A stretch of DNA of 64,000 bases from Halocafeteria seosinensis (lineage: Eukaryota), in NCBI GenBank assembly GCA_001687465.1, contig LVLI01000263.1:62001-126000 (forward strand), written 5' to 3'. This document shows positions 22,956 to 36,762 of this stretch, piece after piece (the first letter of the stretch is position 1; each line of letters starts with the position of its first letter). The notes beneath the pieces were generated by a model that did not search any database, was not told the DNA's origin, and saw nothing but the letters and a program-made list of their open reading frames with translations. A program made the translations under genes and the position numbers.

Positions 22956-24014
22956 TGTCGTCTATTACACGACCTCTACTCTAGGAAACACAGTAGTTTT
23001 TCTGTTTTTAGCCTCCGTTTGGTTGTGCACAAGAGGAAACAAACAAGAACGGTCTCGCTGCACACTCTCGCATTCCACGGCCTCGGGGGCAATGAAGTCA
23101 TGCGTACACTGTCGTCGACACACAATCCGGGCTTAGATCCCGGACGGGGAAAGATACATTGATACAACAGCATATGACACTCCACAATAGAGTGAACCAG
23201 GGTTGTCAGTGGGGGCCAACAGCGGCTAAACGTCCTATTTATGGGGAAACGTTTTTGATATTTTCTGGTATAATTCTACCGACGGTTGCTTTATTATAGA
23301 GGTTTGTGTTTCTCGTGAAGCTGGAGAATTCGCGCAACGAGGTGAGTGGCTGTGGATGATATTGACAACCCCCTCTGCATGAACAGCTTTGAACCATTGG
23401 AATCGATAGAAATACTCTATACTGGAGCATACCGAACATCCTTCCGAGTTGACCGTGGCTTTCAGGACCTAAATTATCGGTGGAGCCAATCACCCGCACT
23501 GACACATGTAAGAGCGCTCGGAGAAAGTAGGGGAGGCGTAGGCATTCGGTTCATTGGAGAGGGTCCTGGAACTCGGGATAGGGAAATTGTGTGTCTACAA
23601 CGATGGCAGCTATGCACGTCTCGTTTGATATTTGGGCTTGAGCGCTTTAATCTTGCCACTGCCACGTGGAAGAAGGTATAAGTGTGTCTGCGATTGTCCA
23701 GCAGTCCCCTGTGTGTCTAGAGGGAAGGAGAATCAGGATCAAATTTCGTAAGGGTTTCAATTGTCATGCTGGAATCTTAGGCTTTGAGGTGCTGCTGTTG
23801 GTTGCATGAGTTCATTTCCTGCCACCTTCAAGGATATTTTGACAGGTGGAGGCTCCGGTTTTCCGCAGTTGACTCCCTCCAGAACACGCTGGTGCATCTT
23901 GCATTTGAGTGATCGCATTGTTGTTTTATTCCCGTCTCGTACAATTCATTGGAAGATAGAGTGTTGTATAGAGAAAGCTGATCCGAGGCGGGGTCGTGTG
24001 TACGAGCCGTAAGG

Positions 24015-27000
24015 ATGGTAAGAGTGGCTGCTGTTCTCATCCGGCCGACCGACTCCTGTTCATGCCAGTTGTTTCGCACTCCATAGCGTCGTGCCACAAA
24101 CTGTAATTTAATGTCGTTTATGTTCCATTGCAGAGCGGGTATTCCTCTTATTCAGGTACAAGCTGTATACCTTTTCCGATGGGTAACGATTCAGCAATAG
24201 CGCCTACGGGCCCCACGCCAGAGCCATTTTCTTCCGTAGATGACTACGTGAGCAAACTTGAGGGCACTCACCCCATCAAGCGAGTACTAATTGCCAACAA
24301 TGGCATTGCGGCGGTGAAAGCTATTCGATCTATCCGGAGGTTTGCCTACGAGACCTTTGGAAATGAACGAGAGGTAAGCGTGACATAATCAACTTGGCCG
24401 CTCTGGATCATACCTTGTTGGAATGATATTAATGTTGCAGATTCATTTCACAGTGATGACAACCGCTGATGATATCAAGGCCAATGCTGAGTATATTCGC
24501 ATGGCTGACGAGTTCGTGGAAGTACCTGGTGGTGCTAACAACAACAACTATGCCAATGTTCAGCGGATCATTGAAACAGCTGAGGCTGTGCATGCTGATG
24601 CGGTATGGGCCGGGTGGGGTCATGCCAGTGAGAATCCTCTCTTGCCAGAAACACTGAGCAAAACCGGGAAAATTGCATTCATCGGCCCGGATGGGAGGGC
24701 GATGCGAGCATTAGGGGATAAAATCGGTTCCACCATCATTGCTCAATCTGCGGGAGTTCCTACCATAGGATGGAATGCGGATGATGTCAGAGTTAATTAC
24801 AAGGAGACAGGACTGTCTCAACGTGTTCTCGATAACGCAAGTGTCAAATCTGTTGAAGAGGCGATGGAAGTTGCCGAGAAAATAGGGTATCCCTTGATGA
24901 TCAAGGCCTCGGAAGGTGGTGGAGGAAAGGGTATTAGGAAAGTCACATCTGTTGCTCAGGTGAAGGATGCTTTTCGACAAGTTCAGGCAGAACTGCCCGG
25001 CTCCCCTATTTTCATCATGAAATTAGTTAACAACGCACGCCACTTAGAGGTTCAATTACTTGCGGATAAGTACGGCGAAGCGATAGCGTTATCAGGCCGC
25101 GATTGCTCTGTACAGCGTCGCCACCAGAAGATTATAGAAGAAGGACCGGTACTGGCCGCTCCGCAAAGTGTCTTGAGACAAATGGAGGCCGCTGCGGTTA
25201 GTCTTGCTAAGGAAGTCGACTACTGCAATGCTGGGACCGTAGAATATCTCTTTCAAGATAGTGACGATTCGTTTGCGTTTTTGGAACTGAATCCTAGGTT
25301 GCAAGTGGAGCATCCAGTGACCGAAATGATCTCTGGGGTTAACCTCCCAGCATGCCAGCTCCAAGTGGCCATGGGGATTCCCATGCATCGCATACCAGAT
25401 ATCCGACGGCTATATGGGCAGTCGCTCCTGGGAACGTCGAGAATCGACTTTGGAAATGAAAAGCAGCAAATGCCCGGTGGTCATGTAATTGCCTCTCGAA
25501 TTACAGCGGAAAACCCTGACAGTGGCTTTCAGCCAACATCAGGTGCTGTAACTGAAGTAAATTTTAGGTCAACACCTGATGTTTGGGGATATTTCTCTGT
25601 CGATAGTTCTGGTAGGGTACACGAGTATGCGGATAGTCAAATCGGTCATTTGTTTAGTTGGGGACAAAATCGTGAGATAGCCAGAAGAAACATGTGCCTC
25701 GCTCTCAAAGAACTGTCAATCCGAGGCGATATTCGAACTACGACTGAATACTTGATTGGTATGATGGAGACGGAAGATTTTCGGCAAAACAGAATAAGCA
25801 CGGAATGGTTGGATCGCAGAATCTCAGAGAATATACAAACTGATAAACCGCGGCCTTTGCTGGTTGCGGTCATTGGTGCCGTCGTGCGAGGCTACCGCGC
25901 AATACAAGCCCGAGTGAACGACTACGTTGACTGTTTGGAACGAGGGCAGACCCCGTCTAGCGATCTTGTTTCGGTGGACGAGGATGTTGAACTTATTTAC
26001 GACAACGTTAAGTATGAGATGAGGACTACACTTTCCGGACCGAATACCGTAACAGTTACGGTGAATGGATCCTACATTCAAATTGATCTGCGCGTTCTCT
26101 CTGACGGAGGCATGCTTATTCTTTTAGACGGAAAGAGCCATCTTACCTATGCCACCGAGGAAGCGACTGGCTTGCGACTACTACTTAACGGAGCGACTTG
26201 CATGTTTTCCAAGGAGTATGATCCAACTCAACTACGTGTTTCCATGAGTGGCAAGCTGTCTCGTTACCTCGTTGACGATCAACAACACGTGGAAGCGAAT
26301 CAGGCGTATGCTGAAATTGAAGTCATGAAGATGTACATGCAACTTGTGGCACCAGAATCTGGCACTATGTCTCTAATTAAACCGGAAGGGAGCATTTTGG
26401 AGCCTGGAGAGCTGTTGGCTACTGTAGAACTCGATGACCCCGGTAAAGTTCGACGGAGCGAGCGGTTCTCTGGAACTCTGCCTACGCAATGGGATGCTAA
26501 AGCAGCGACTGGCGATTTCGGCTCCGGTGACTCTTTCGGAGCTGTCAATGCGGTCACTGGTTATCGCAAGGCGAATACTGTAGCTAGAAGTGCAATTAAC
26601 ATTCTGGAAGCTGCTCTTGACGGATACAAGGTTCCCGATGCGAGAGTAAAAGACGCTCTCATGGAGCGGGATTTGGCGTTTTGCAACCCTCACTTGCCTT
26701 TGCTAGAGTTTGAAGAGCTACTTTTCGTTCTCTCTTCAAGACTCCCTACCGAGCTCTCCCGGAAACTCACGAAACTAGTGTCAGACCATAAAGCTAATTT
26801 GAAAGGGAAAACTTTCCAGCAGTCACACAAAAAAGTATTCCCCCGTCACCCAACTGAGTTGGACTTGACTGCAGTCAAGCACATGTTGAATGAAACAGCT
26901 ACCTCAATGCAGCAGAAGGAAAGGGATGTATTTCAAAGCGTTGTGCAGCCGCTTTATGACCTCATCGAGAAATATAGCAACGGGGTAGCGGGCGCTAACC

Positions 27001-30000
27001 GAAAATGCCTCGTTGATCTAGTGAAACGATTCCTTAACGTGGAGACATTGTGGGGAGGCACCAAGTCAGAATCACAAAATTATGATGATACGCCGCTGTT
27101 ATCCGGCAGAGCTAATGCAACTGACAGGGAAGGAAAGCAAGATGAAGATGTTATTGCGCAATTGCGGACTGCCTTTTCGGGAAAAGGAAACTGCGATGAC
27201 TCTACAGACGCAAGGGCCTTCTTCGGCGACGAGCCATCTGACTCAAGCCTGAGAAGAGTATATTCTCTGTGTAGAGCACATCATCACCTAAAATCTCGAT
27301 CGAAGGTACTAATTGAGATACTTGATCGCATCTTTTACGAAATTGATGCACTGAAGGCATGCAAGCTCCATGAAAAATCTGTTCGAAAGCGTGGTGATTC
27401 TTACTTCACTGAGAATAGCCTCGAGACAGACTTCTTTGACCGGCAAGAAACGGGTTCTCCTCTGACCGGATACGAAGAAGAAGAGCGTGCATTGCATGAT
27501 CTTGCAGAGTTACGTGGTGTGCAATACGCCGAAGTAACCCTAGAAGCTAGACAGATCCTGATCAGAGCACAACAGCCGTCGACAACAGAGCGTATGGTTA
27601 GTGTTGAGAAGGTGCTGCGCCAGACGAATCTGAGCCGAGAGTCATACTTGAATTCAGGGGACGATGGAGCTTCTCCCGTTGGGGACGAAGTAGCTTCCAA
27701 GGCTGACCCGTTGATCAGCCTGTTGAACTATGAGCAGCCTATGATTGACATCCTTTTCGCGTATTTCGCTCACCCAGAAATGGCACTGAGAAAGTGTGCC
27801 TTAGAAGTCTATGTCCGCAGGCTTTACAGGGCCTACGAGATACAGAATTTGGAAGTTAAAGATTCGGAGCAGGTGTCGCCCGGGGATGCTCCAATGCTGT
27901 TGGCCAAGTGGTTCTTTTCTTCTAACTCCCAGCGATCTCGGAGCTCGGTTGCGAATGTGTCAAGTGAGACACGGGGTCAGTACGGAAGTTATGGATCCAA
28001 TTTTGCCGGAATTACACCCACTGATTCTTTTGATGACTTGGCGTCAGTTTCGTCGCAGCGAAGCCGGCGCTCAGCCAGTAGTGTCGCTCGGCGTTCTGTC
28101 TCGGGGCCACACGTTGAAGGCGTGTCTCCGAAAGATCAGCGAATTGGTGTAATCGCGGTATTGGCGAACATTGAGCAAATCGAGAAGTCTTTAGAAACTA
28201 CGCTGGCGGCTTTCAAATCATCTGCTGTGTCGTCAACTTCTGAAGAACCAAGACACGTGCTCCATTTTGGGCTTCTGGAACGTCCTAGCATGGATCTAGA
28301 CAGCGCCGACGAAGTTTCGACTTCAGAGGGTGATTCGAAGGTGGCTCAGTATCTGCAGAACTTCATGGAACCCTTTAAAAGAAAACTGAAAGATGCAGGA
28401 GTGCGTCGAATAACTTTTCTCATACCAAACATTGGACAAGGGGTAAAACAGAACTCTAAGGGGTTGAACGCAGATACTGGAGGAAGAATGGTCAATTTGT
28501 TCGACGAAAGCGATTGGGAGGTATTGCCTCCTCTTGATAAAGTAAAGGGGAGGTACGAACAGGGCTTGAAGCTTTCGGCTATTGCTGCCTCATTTTACTC
28601 TTGTAGTCAGGCACTTGGACAAAATATTGACCTCTATTCCGTTGGCGTCTCCGAAGGGGAGGGTTCCTCTGCGCCCTGGCAGCTGGTGGGGTTCCCAAGA
28701 ATTTACACGCTACGATCCGCAGAAGACTTTGCGGAGGATTCCACTGTTCGGCACATTGAGCCCCCGCTATCAGGCTACTTGGAGCTTCGTCGTCTACGTA
28801 ATTTCAACGTTCGATTGGTCCCTACGCCTAACCGAAGCATTCACGTGTACGAGGCCGTGCCGAAACCCGATCGCGGAAAGCAAGAGTTGGCTCGTGGTGT
28901 ACCGCGCAAGCGTTATTTCGTACGGGCCATTGTACGCCAGACTGCCCGACTTTCAACTCTCTCTGCGGTGGAAGAGCAATTTCCTGGGCCGGAAAGGATG
29001 TTTGTGGATGCTTTAGACGCTTTGGATATAGCAATGGGTGACTCGCTTCAGAATACACGCACCCCAGTTGGTGGCAATCATATTTTCCTCAATGTATTGC
29101 CAACGGCGCAAGTGCATCCGGAATACGTAGAGTCAGTTATCCGTCGGCTTGCGAAGAGGTATTCAGAACGCCTACGTCGGAGTCGCGTCAGTCAAGTGGA
29201 ATTCAAGGTCAACGCACAATTTAAGGTCGGTGGTCCCATTGTCCCTGTGCGGCTTGTGAGCAGCAACCCTACGGGATACGTCTTGCGCGTGGACACATAT
29301 GTGGAAACTCAGCCTCATGCGGGTGGTCACTCAACTCCAATATTTACCGCAGTTCCTTCGACGAAGATGTTCCTGGAGGAGAGTACGACTGATACGGGCG
29401 ATGTTGAGGGCCCATACGGGCAGAGCCACCTGCCGCCGTTGCCTGGATCAAAGGAAAGTATGTTGGGGAGTATACTTCGTCACGGACAGCTTCCGACACA
29501 GTCTGGGATGTGGAGCGAAGGCAGAGGCTCGGAACGCGAAAGGAGTCATGTAGCCTCCGAGCAAAAAGGGGAGCTCGACGGGAAGCCTATAAGTACGCCT
29601 TACCCGGTTGCTACGGCTTTTGAAGCCAAAAGGGCACTCGCAGCTGCCATTAGCGATACTCTCTGGTGCTACGATTTTATTGAGCTGTTTGAACGGGCCT
29701 TGGAGCAAAAATGGTATCGTTATGAAAAACAGCGCAGAAGCGATGTTTCGAACGCATCTCATCCTACTGTCAGACGTCCTCAGCAAATACTTAAGGCGAC
29801 AGAACTCGTCTTGAAGAAGACCGGAGGTACAAACAAGTACCAAAGGGAAAGGAAGCAGGCTGATTCCAGTAGTGTCGCAAGCTCGCCCGGGATGAAACGC
29901 AACTATAGTGACATCTTTGCCAACGAAATGGGTGCTCCTCCTGCGACGAGTGGCAGAAGAGTGGCCAATAATTCAAACGGAAAAGAAACGATTCAAGAAG

Positions 30001-32510
30001 TGGATGAAAGTGCAGACTCCACCCCCAAGAGTCCCATCGAAGGTAAAAAATCGTTTGCAGGAAACGTGTCTGTGAATTCGGAATCCGAAGATATTGACCA
30101 TTCAGAATATGAATTGGTGCTCGAAGATCGGCCTCCTGGAGAAAACGACATTGGCATGGTTGCTTGGCATGTAAAACTGTTTACTCCTACCCACCCAGAA
30201 GAAAGCGGGGGCCGTGATCTTGTAATTATTGCCAATGACATCACTCATAGGGCCGGTAGCTTTGGAACTAAGGAGGATCGCCTCTTCCGTCTCGCAACAG
30301 AGTACGCTCGACAACTGGGTATTCCCCGAATATACCTTGCCGCAAACTCTGGTGCCAGAATTGGTCTCGCTGAGGAAGTCAAGTCGTGTTTCCGGGTTGA
30401 ATGGATAGACCGAAACGACCCCTCTAAAGGTTACAAATACTTGTACTTGAGTGAGGATGACTACGAGAGGCTCTCGAAACAAAACTCAGTGAATGCCGCG
30501 AGGCACGAGACTCCAGACGGAGAAGTACACTACGTAATACAGGATATCATTGGTAAAGAGCCGGATCTTGGTGTGGAAAATTTGCGCGGCTCCGGCACAA
30601 TTGCAGGTGAAACCGCCAAAGCTTATCATGACATATTCACATTGACTTATGTAACCGGAAGGAGTGTCGGCATTGGTGCGTATTTGGTTCGTCTAGGGCA
30701 GCGCGTAATACAAAAGAGTGGGTCAGCCCCAATTCTATTGACGGGATATCAAGCACTGAATAAACTGATAGGCAACCAAGTTTACACGAGCAATTTGCAA
30801 CTCGGTGGACCTAAGGTTATGTATTCAAACGGTGTGAGTCACGAGGTTGTGAACGACGACCTAGATGGAATAATTTCGATCTTGAACTGGCTAAGCTTCA
30901 TTCCTAAGAGTAATAATTCGTCCCTTCCTATCTCTGCAATGCCCCCAGGCGAGACTGTGGAGCGCCCAATTGACGTCTTTCCTCCCAAAGACAGTACCAT
31001 GGATCCTCGTTACTTACTTACTGGTGTTAAGGAGCCGCTGTCAACGGAGTCTCCCGACGGTTCCAAGTTCCGAGGAGGTTTCTTTGATAAGAACTCCTTC
31101 GTGGAGAGTCTTTCTGGCTGGGCACGAACAGTGATCGTTGGACGCGCGAGGCTGGGTGGAATTCCAATGGGAACCATTATTCCGGAAACCCGAACTGTTA
31201 GCTCTACAATCCCGGCAGATCCAGCTATGCCATCCTCCCATGAAACTGTTACAACCCAAGCTGGACAAGTTTGGTACCCGGATAGCGCGTTCAAGACCAG
31301 TCAAGCTATCCAAGACTTCAACCGTGAGGGGTTACCGCTCATGATTTTTGCTAATTGGCGAGGGTTTAGCGGTGGCCAGCGTGACATGTTTGACCAGGTA
31401 TTGAAGTTTGGAAGCTACATAGTGGATGCTCTTGTTAACTACAAGCATCCAGTCTTTGTTTACATCCCCCCTCTTGGCGAACTCCGAGGTGGAGCATGGG
31501 TCGTGGTTGACCCGACGATCAACCAAACGAACATGGAAATGTACTCCGAACCTACTGGACGCGGTGGCGTTCTCGAACCGTCTGGGGCCGCCTCGATAAA
31601 ATTTCGGGAATCGGATATCAAAGCAACTGCGCATCGTCTCGACAGTAAACTTCGAGATCTCGACAGCAAGCTTGACGAAGCGAGCAAAAATAACCAGAAG
31701 GATGAGATCTCTCGCATTAAGCAAGAAATTAACAAGAGGGAGCAACTGCTCCAGTCAACGTATCTTCAGATTTCTCATTCGTTCGCAGATTTGCATGACA
31801 CCCCAGGTCGCATGCATTCGAAGGGCGTAATCCGTGACATAATCCCGTGGGAAAGAGCAAGATCTTTTTTCTATTGGAGACTGCGACGCAGGATGGCTGA
31901 GTTCGCTTTAAATGATCGCCTTCTCCGCGCTGCCCCACAGCTTAAGAGTCACCAAGCAACCGACATCATTAAGATGTGGTTCTCGCAGCATATCATGTCT
32001 ACTGGAGGGAACGCAAGTGCCTTGTGGGAGAATGACACATCGGTGCTTCGGTGGTTGGCTAATAGTCGGGATGTGCTGGAGATGAGAGCTCGAGAATTAC
32101 AGCGTGAGAGTGTTAGCGAACAAGTACTGGAGCTCGGTACACAGGATCCGTATGCTGTTGTATCGGGTATATTGGCTATGCTTCAACATCTTCCAGCAGA
32201 CAAAAAAGAAGCAACGCTGGGAGCTTTGAGGCGAGCCGTGCTTTTCGATGATTCCAGCCACAATCCGTTCGGGTCATCTGGTATTCAGCAGGCCCGGGGA
32301 GAGAGCAATTTTATGGCTCAGCAGCGGGACATTGGTTCCTATTCCCTTGGGGAATCACCTTACAACTACTACTCCCGTCCCCCTGCTCCACCTGGTCAGT
32401 CCCAAGATTTGCGTGACAACTTATACATGGGTTTTAGTAGTCAGGGAAATGTGGAGGCATCGTCTCGCTCAGTAGAATCTAGAGACTCGAGCGACAAGAT
32501 AGTCTTCTAA
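24015..32510 (+). CDS. ACC1: Homomeric acetyl-CoA carboxylase (BC-BCCP-central-CT), 3 exons
   Basis: VLIANNGIAAVK, KASEGGGGKGIR, RDCSVQRRHQK, ELNPRLQVEH, biotinylation motif EVMKM, CT motifs ANSGARIGLA, GIGAYLVRLGQR, NWRGFSGG. Probable ATG-only first exon at 24015-24017; introns 24018-24133 and 24374-24440. Confidence 0.97.
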
Positions 32511-33048
32511 GTTATCGCATACCATGGTAAATTTTTGTTATTCCTTTATCAATACATATCACCCCTTCCACTACCGGCATGCGTAGAAGCCCCTGTCGCT
32601 TCATCCCTAATCCCGCACGTTCGCTTGCGCTGCCCGTGTTGAGGTATCGAGGTACAATGGCGGGCGATTCTAGTCCCGGTACTAAATTCACTCCACATAA
32701 CCTGAATTGACACCAAAGGAAAGTGTGATCCGGCTACGTAACTTTGTCGTTGACTTCCACGTGTTGTGAAGTTGGTCACGGGTGTTCGTGGTGTGCATGA
32801 GGAGTAGCTCCCATCAATGCTGGGGTTCGTTTTGATCTGCTTTTCCCCCTGTTTGTGTGATGGTTAACAAGGTTCTTTCATAGGGACCTGGTTCATTTCC
32901 CGTGGGGGATCATTTTGACAGTGCCCCGTCGTGGACAATGAAGCACTGACGCAGGAGCAGCAGCGATTCAGGAAGTGCAAGCTACCAGCAAAGCCCGTGC
33001 ATTTCATCGTTTATTTTTTTCTCGGGGGGTATCTCTGTACCGTGCAGA

Positions 33049-34100
33049 ATGGACTCACATTGGCACTTTGTGGCTGGAGCCCTCGGGGGTGCTGTGGCAG
33101 CCACAGTCACTTGCCCTCTGGAAGTTGTGAAAACGAGGCTTCAGTCATCTACTGCTCAGAGACTTCCCCTTCATACGATTTTCAAGAATATCGTTAAACA
33201 AGAAGGAGGACGGGCCCTTTTCCGGGGATTAGGTGCTACTGTGGCTGGAGTAGGACCGGCACGAGCTACGTACTTTGGTACATACAATATCTGCAAAACT
33301 AACTTCCCCGGCGAAGGAAGTCTCTTGCACCTAGTGTCGGCAGCTACGGCTGGAATGGTAACCTCAACAGGTATGTGAACTCGTTTTTCTATTTAACTAC
33401 ACTCGGGTTTGAAATGCGTTGTATTTTCTTTGACATCTGGATTGACTGTTCTGTCTCGGGTGTATGCTCCCTTGGTGCAGTAACGAGTCCGATCTGGGTG
33501 GTGAAAACGCGGCTGCAACTCCAACGAAATCCTCTCAGGGAGAAACCTGCAGAAACTGGTGCTCAGACGACAGTCAAATCTTCTAGTACTACCAGTACTA
33601 AACCATACAAAGGAATTTTTGATGCTTTCAAGACTGTCTACAGGGAGGAAGGTGCTCGTGGGTATTTCAAAGGTCTATCCGCAAGTTACTTGGGTGTCAG
33701 CGAGACGATCATCCAGTTTGTACTTTATGAGAAGCTCAAAAAGCTAGCATTGAAAAGATACCACAGTAAACTACACGAAGATGATGTGTGGAAGGCACAA
33801 AACTCTGGGAAGAGGATCGAAGACGAATCATTACCGTCCCTGTGGGCTCTAGGAATGGGGTCCTGCGCGAAACTGTTTGCATCGAGTTGTACTTATCCAC
33901 ATGAGGTTTTACGAACAAGACTAAGGGAACAGCGCCATCGTCATATTTACAAAGGCATTACAACAATATTTGCTGAGATAATTAAATTCGAAGGAGTAAG
34001 AGGCTTGTATGGTGGCATTGGTCCCCATCTGCTGCGTACTGTACCCAACGCGGGAATATTATTCTTCGTAGTGGAACTTGTCGTTGGAGGGGAGGTCTGA
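33049..34100 (+). CDS. Mitochondrial carrier, pyrimidine-nucleotide transporter type (SLC25A33/36, RIM2-like), 2 exons
   Basis: Three PX[DE]XX[KR]X[KR]-type signatures: CPLEVVKTRLQ, SPIWVVKTRLQL, YPHEVLRTRLRE; GLSASYLG. Intron 33371-33480. Confidence 0.9.
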
Positions 34101-34906
34101 AAAACAATGCATAAAAGGCTTACTGTCACAAAGAAAGAAGAGCGACCCCGGAAGCTTCTTCCATCTTGGTTTGTTGAACTTCTTACTGATAGGCGGAACA
34201 TCCTTCCACCTTCACTGATTTTGCGAAACGCATATCAAGACATAAAGTTGAGGATGTTTGACAGCCGCGAAGCAGCACCCAAGAATATTTCAAAGCCCAT
34301 CAAGGGGAACGTGAGTCTCTATCTGGTATACTTGTATGGTATGATGATACTTCCAAAAAGACGACGACGTTAGTCCTGCCGCGAAGTATGGCGAACCCTG
34401 GCAACAAAGGGGAACGGACCTCTTCTTTGTCAAGGCACCTTCTGTTTTGGTTAGTTTTGGTAGAAACCATGTAGCTCTGGAGCTGTGCTCTAATTGTCTC
34501 TTGAGGTTAGACAATTTCTTAGATTCTCTAATTGACTCTAAAGTCTAGAACCACTGCAAAGAATCTTCGTGGCTATATACAATGGTACAGCCATTATTAA
34601 CTCCACGGGTTTAGAGTTTTCCACGCAGTACCGGTTTTTCTGTTCGCATGGGAGTGTCATCACCGAAATATTGTCTCTTATACTCATGACATGGCCGCGT
34701 GCCGCTCCGGTAGTGACGCCTCAAGGGCCCGACTAGCTCCCGCACCACCGTTAGAACACGACGAAACCATAGTTTCGATTTCCATTGGGGTTGAGGATAG
34801 TTTTGAGAAACTTTTGACTGATAGTGCTTAATTTTCCAGCCTACCTTGTGTCATCAGATAGACGGTATTTTTGAGCCTGTGTGCATTTAAGCCTCACGCC
34901 AACAGA

Positions 34907-36440
34907 ATGAGCGGTCAAGTATCTCCCGTCTCCAACAACTCCCAATTCAGATTGGGAGAGCGCCCCCTCAAGCAGTACAAGCAGCCTATTGGTGGGGAGG
35001 TGCATGTTCAAACCTACGGTATGTGTGCTCCTGTTTATGAGTGCTTGAGAAGAAACAGTACAGTCTTACTTTGGCCTGAGAAAAGCCTTTTTGGGTGCGT
35101 GGGGCCGGCCCCCGAAGTCGTGGTACATCCAACGGCTGTAGGCTTGTATTCATGTGATTTGTGTTGTTATGGCAATATTCAGGCTACCAAGAGTTGTCTT
35201 CTGAAGAGAACGAATCGTACTTGAAAACAATGAGCCGTCAATCTGTGGATGAAAATATGCGCCGCCAAGTAGAGCACTCCCCTGTAGGAGGAGCTACCAC
35301 AAACCAGCTGCATACTCATCGAACTCGTGGACGAGGACGGCCTGAGAACGGACGAGAAACTCTTACCCTAGGAGATGACGATGTCACTGAGGACTATCGC
35401 TCAAGCACTGCAAGAGAAACACTCAAGCAAGGTCTTAACAAGGTATGTCAGGGATGGCTGACCGTTTTTGTTTCAAATGAGCGTTAAGTACCTTGCTTTG
35501 TTTTTTGAACCATGTCCAGCGCAACCAGGAGGAGCCCACGGCTGGCGTACCCTCATCCCATCGCAATTCTGCTGGTGTTAGGACAGGTTATCGACCTTCC
35601 ACTGCTGATATCATTTCACATTCCTACGTCCAGCCGTCGCAAGAGACTGAGGAAAACACCAAAATGTAAGCAAAGGGCTTGCAAACCACAAGTTGGAATT
35701 CGCCTCAAAACGTCCTGACTTTGCATCCATGCAGAGTTGCTCCCCCCAAAGAGCCTGTTACTCACTCCGAATATCCAACTGGCGACACAAACGGTACCCC
35801 CGACGATAACATGAGAGCCGGACTAAGTAGTGCGCAATTGGCGGATCGGAAGGAGCGGCGAAATCGTCGTCCTGTCTCCCAACCACCGAGTGCCAGAGCC
35901 GAACAGCCCCCTCAGCTGCCAATGCGTAGATATGCACATAAAGATCATATTCAGTTAGGGGATGGCTCTACACCTTACTTTGAGACGACGACCCGAGCTG
36001 AGTACAATCCTGCATCTATTGACCCTGCCAACACGCGCAATCCGTTGGATGAGGCCGTCAGTCCCCAGAAACCGAACTATCGCCCATCTTCAGTGGATCC
36101 TTCCTTAGGCCGTCCACAGTGGGAAGTTCGACGACCTGTTACACATTTTGCTCCGAAACGAAATGAAGACTCGCAGGTTCAAAGTGCCATCTATGGTACC
36201 GGAGAGCAGGAGAACGAACAACCGCGAACAGGACGAAAAACGTTTGCCAACTATGATGCCCGACCTGAAGAGCCACAGCGCGTTTCGAGCAGGAAAGTCT
36301 TCCCCAACCAACACACTAGCGCCACCGCAATGAATGAAATCGGGGCTCATTCTTCGACGCTCGACCGTCACCGTCCAGGCGATTTCTCAGGGAAGAAGAT
36401 TATTGCAGATCATACACGTTCTAGCATAATACTCGGCTAA
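34907..36440 (+). CDS. Hypothetical disordered protein with microtubule-inner-protein-like short motifs, about 4 exons
   Basis: ORFs 34871-35224, 35161-35487 and 35679-36440 are linked by GT-AG introns; motifs TLTLGDD..DYRSSTARE, HIQLGDG..YFETTTRAEY, terminal SSIILG. Confidence 0.6.
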
Positions 36441-36762
36441 AATGACATCTGTTCGTGGTACAAATACATATTCAAAATGTTTCATTCTGTTTTGTTGGGT
36501 GTGTACAAAAGAGGTTGCATAGTATTCTATGCAATTCAATCTTTAGATGCACTGTTCTACACTGCTACAGCTGGGCGAATATCTTCCCAGATTGCAGAGT
36601 ACTTATTTTTGGTCCCGGTATTAAAAAGAGCTAGGCCTGTAGATTGGGACCTCCACAAAGAGTAAACAAAACAACTTCTTGCTCAGACCCCCTCACCGAC
36701 GCTAGGAGAGCATTCTGTGAGAGCTAGTTCTTATTTGATGAACACGCGTCACGGCTTCACAT

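Noticed and set aside
22956..24014. ORFs 23346-23681 and 23806-24012 as ACC targeting-peptide exons
   Set aside because: I found no convincing in-phase splice path; the ATG|GT at 24015 explains the start more simply.
34100..34700. Possible small minus-strand gene between the carrier and the MIP-like gene
   Set aside because: All frames after the candidate acceptor close quickly; no recognisable product.
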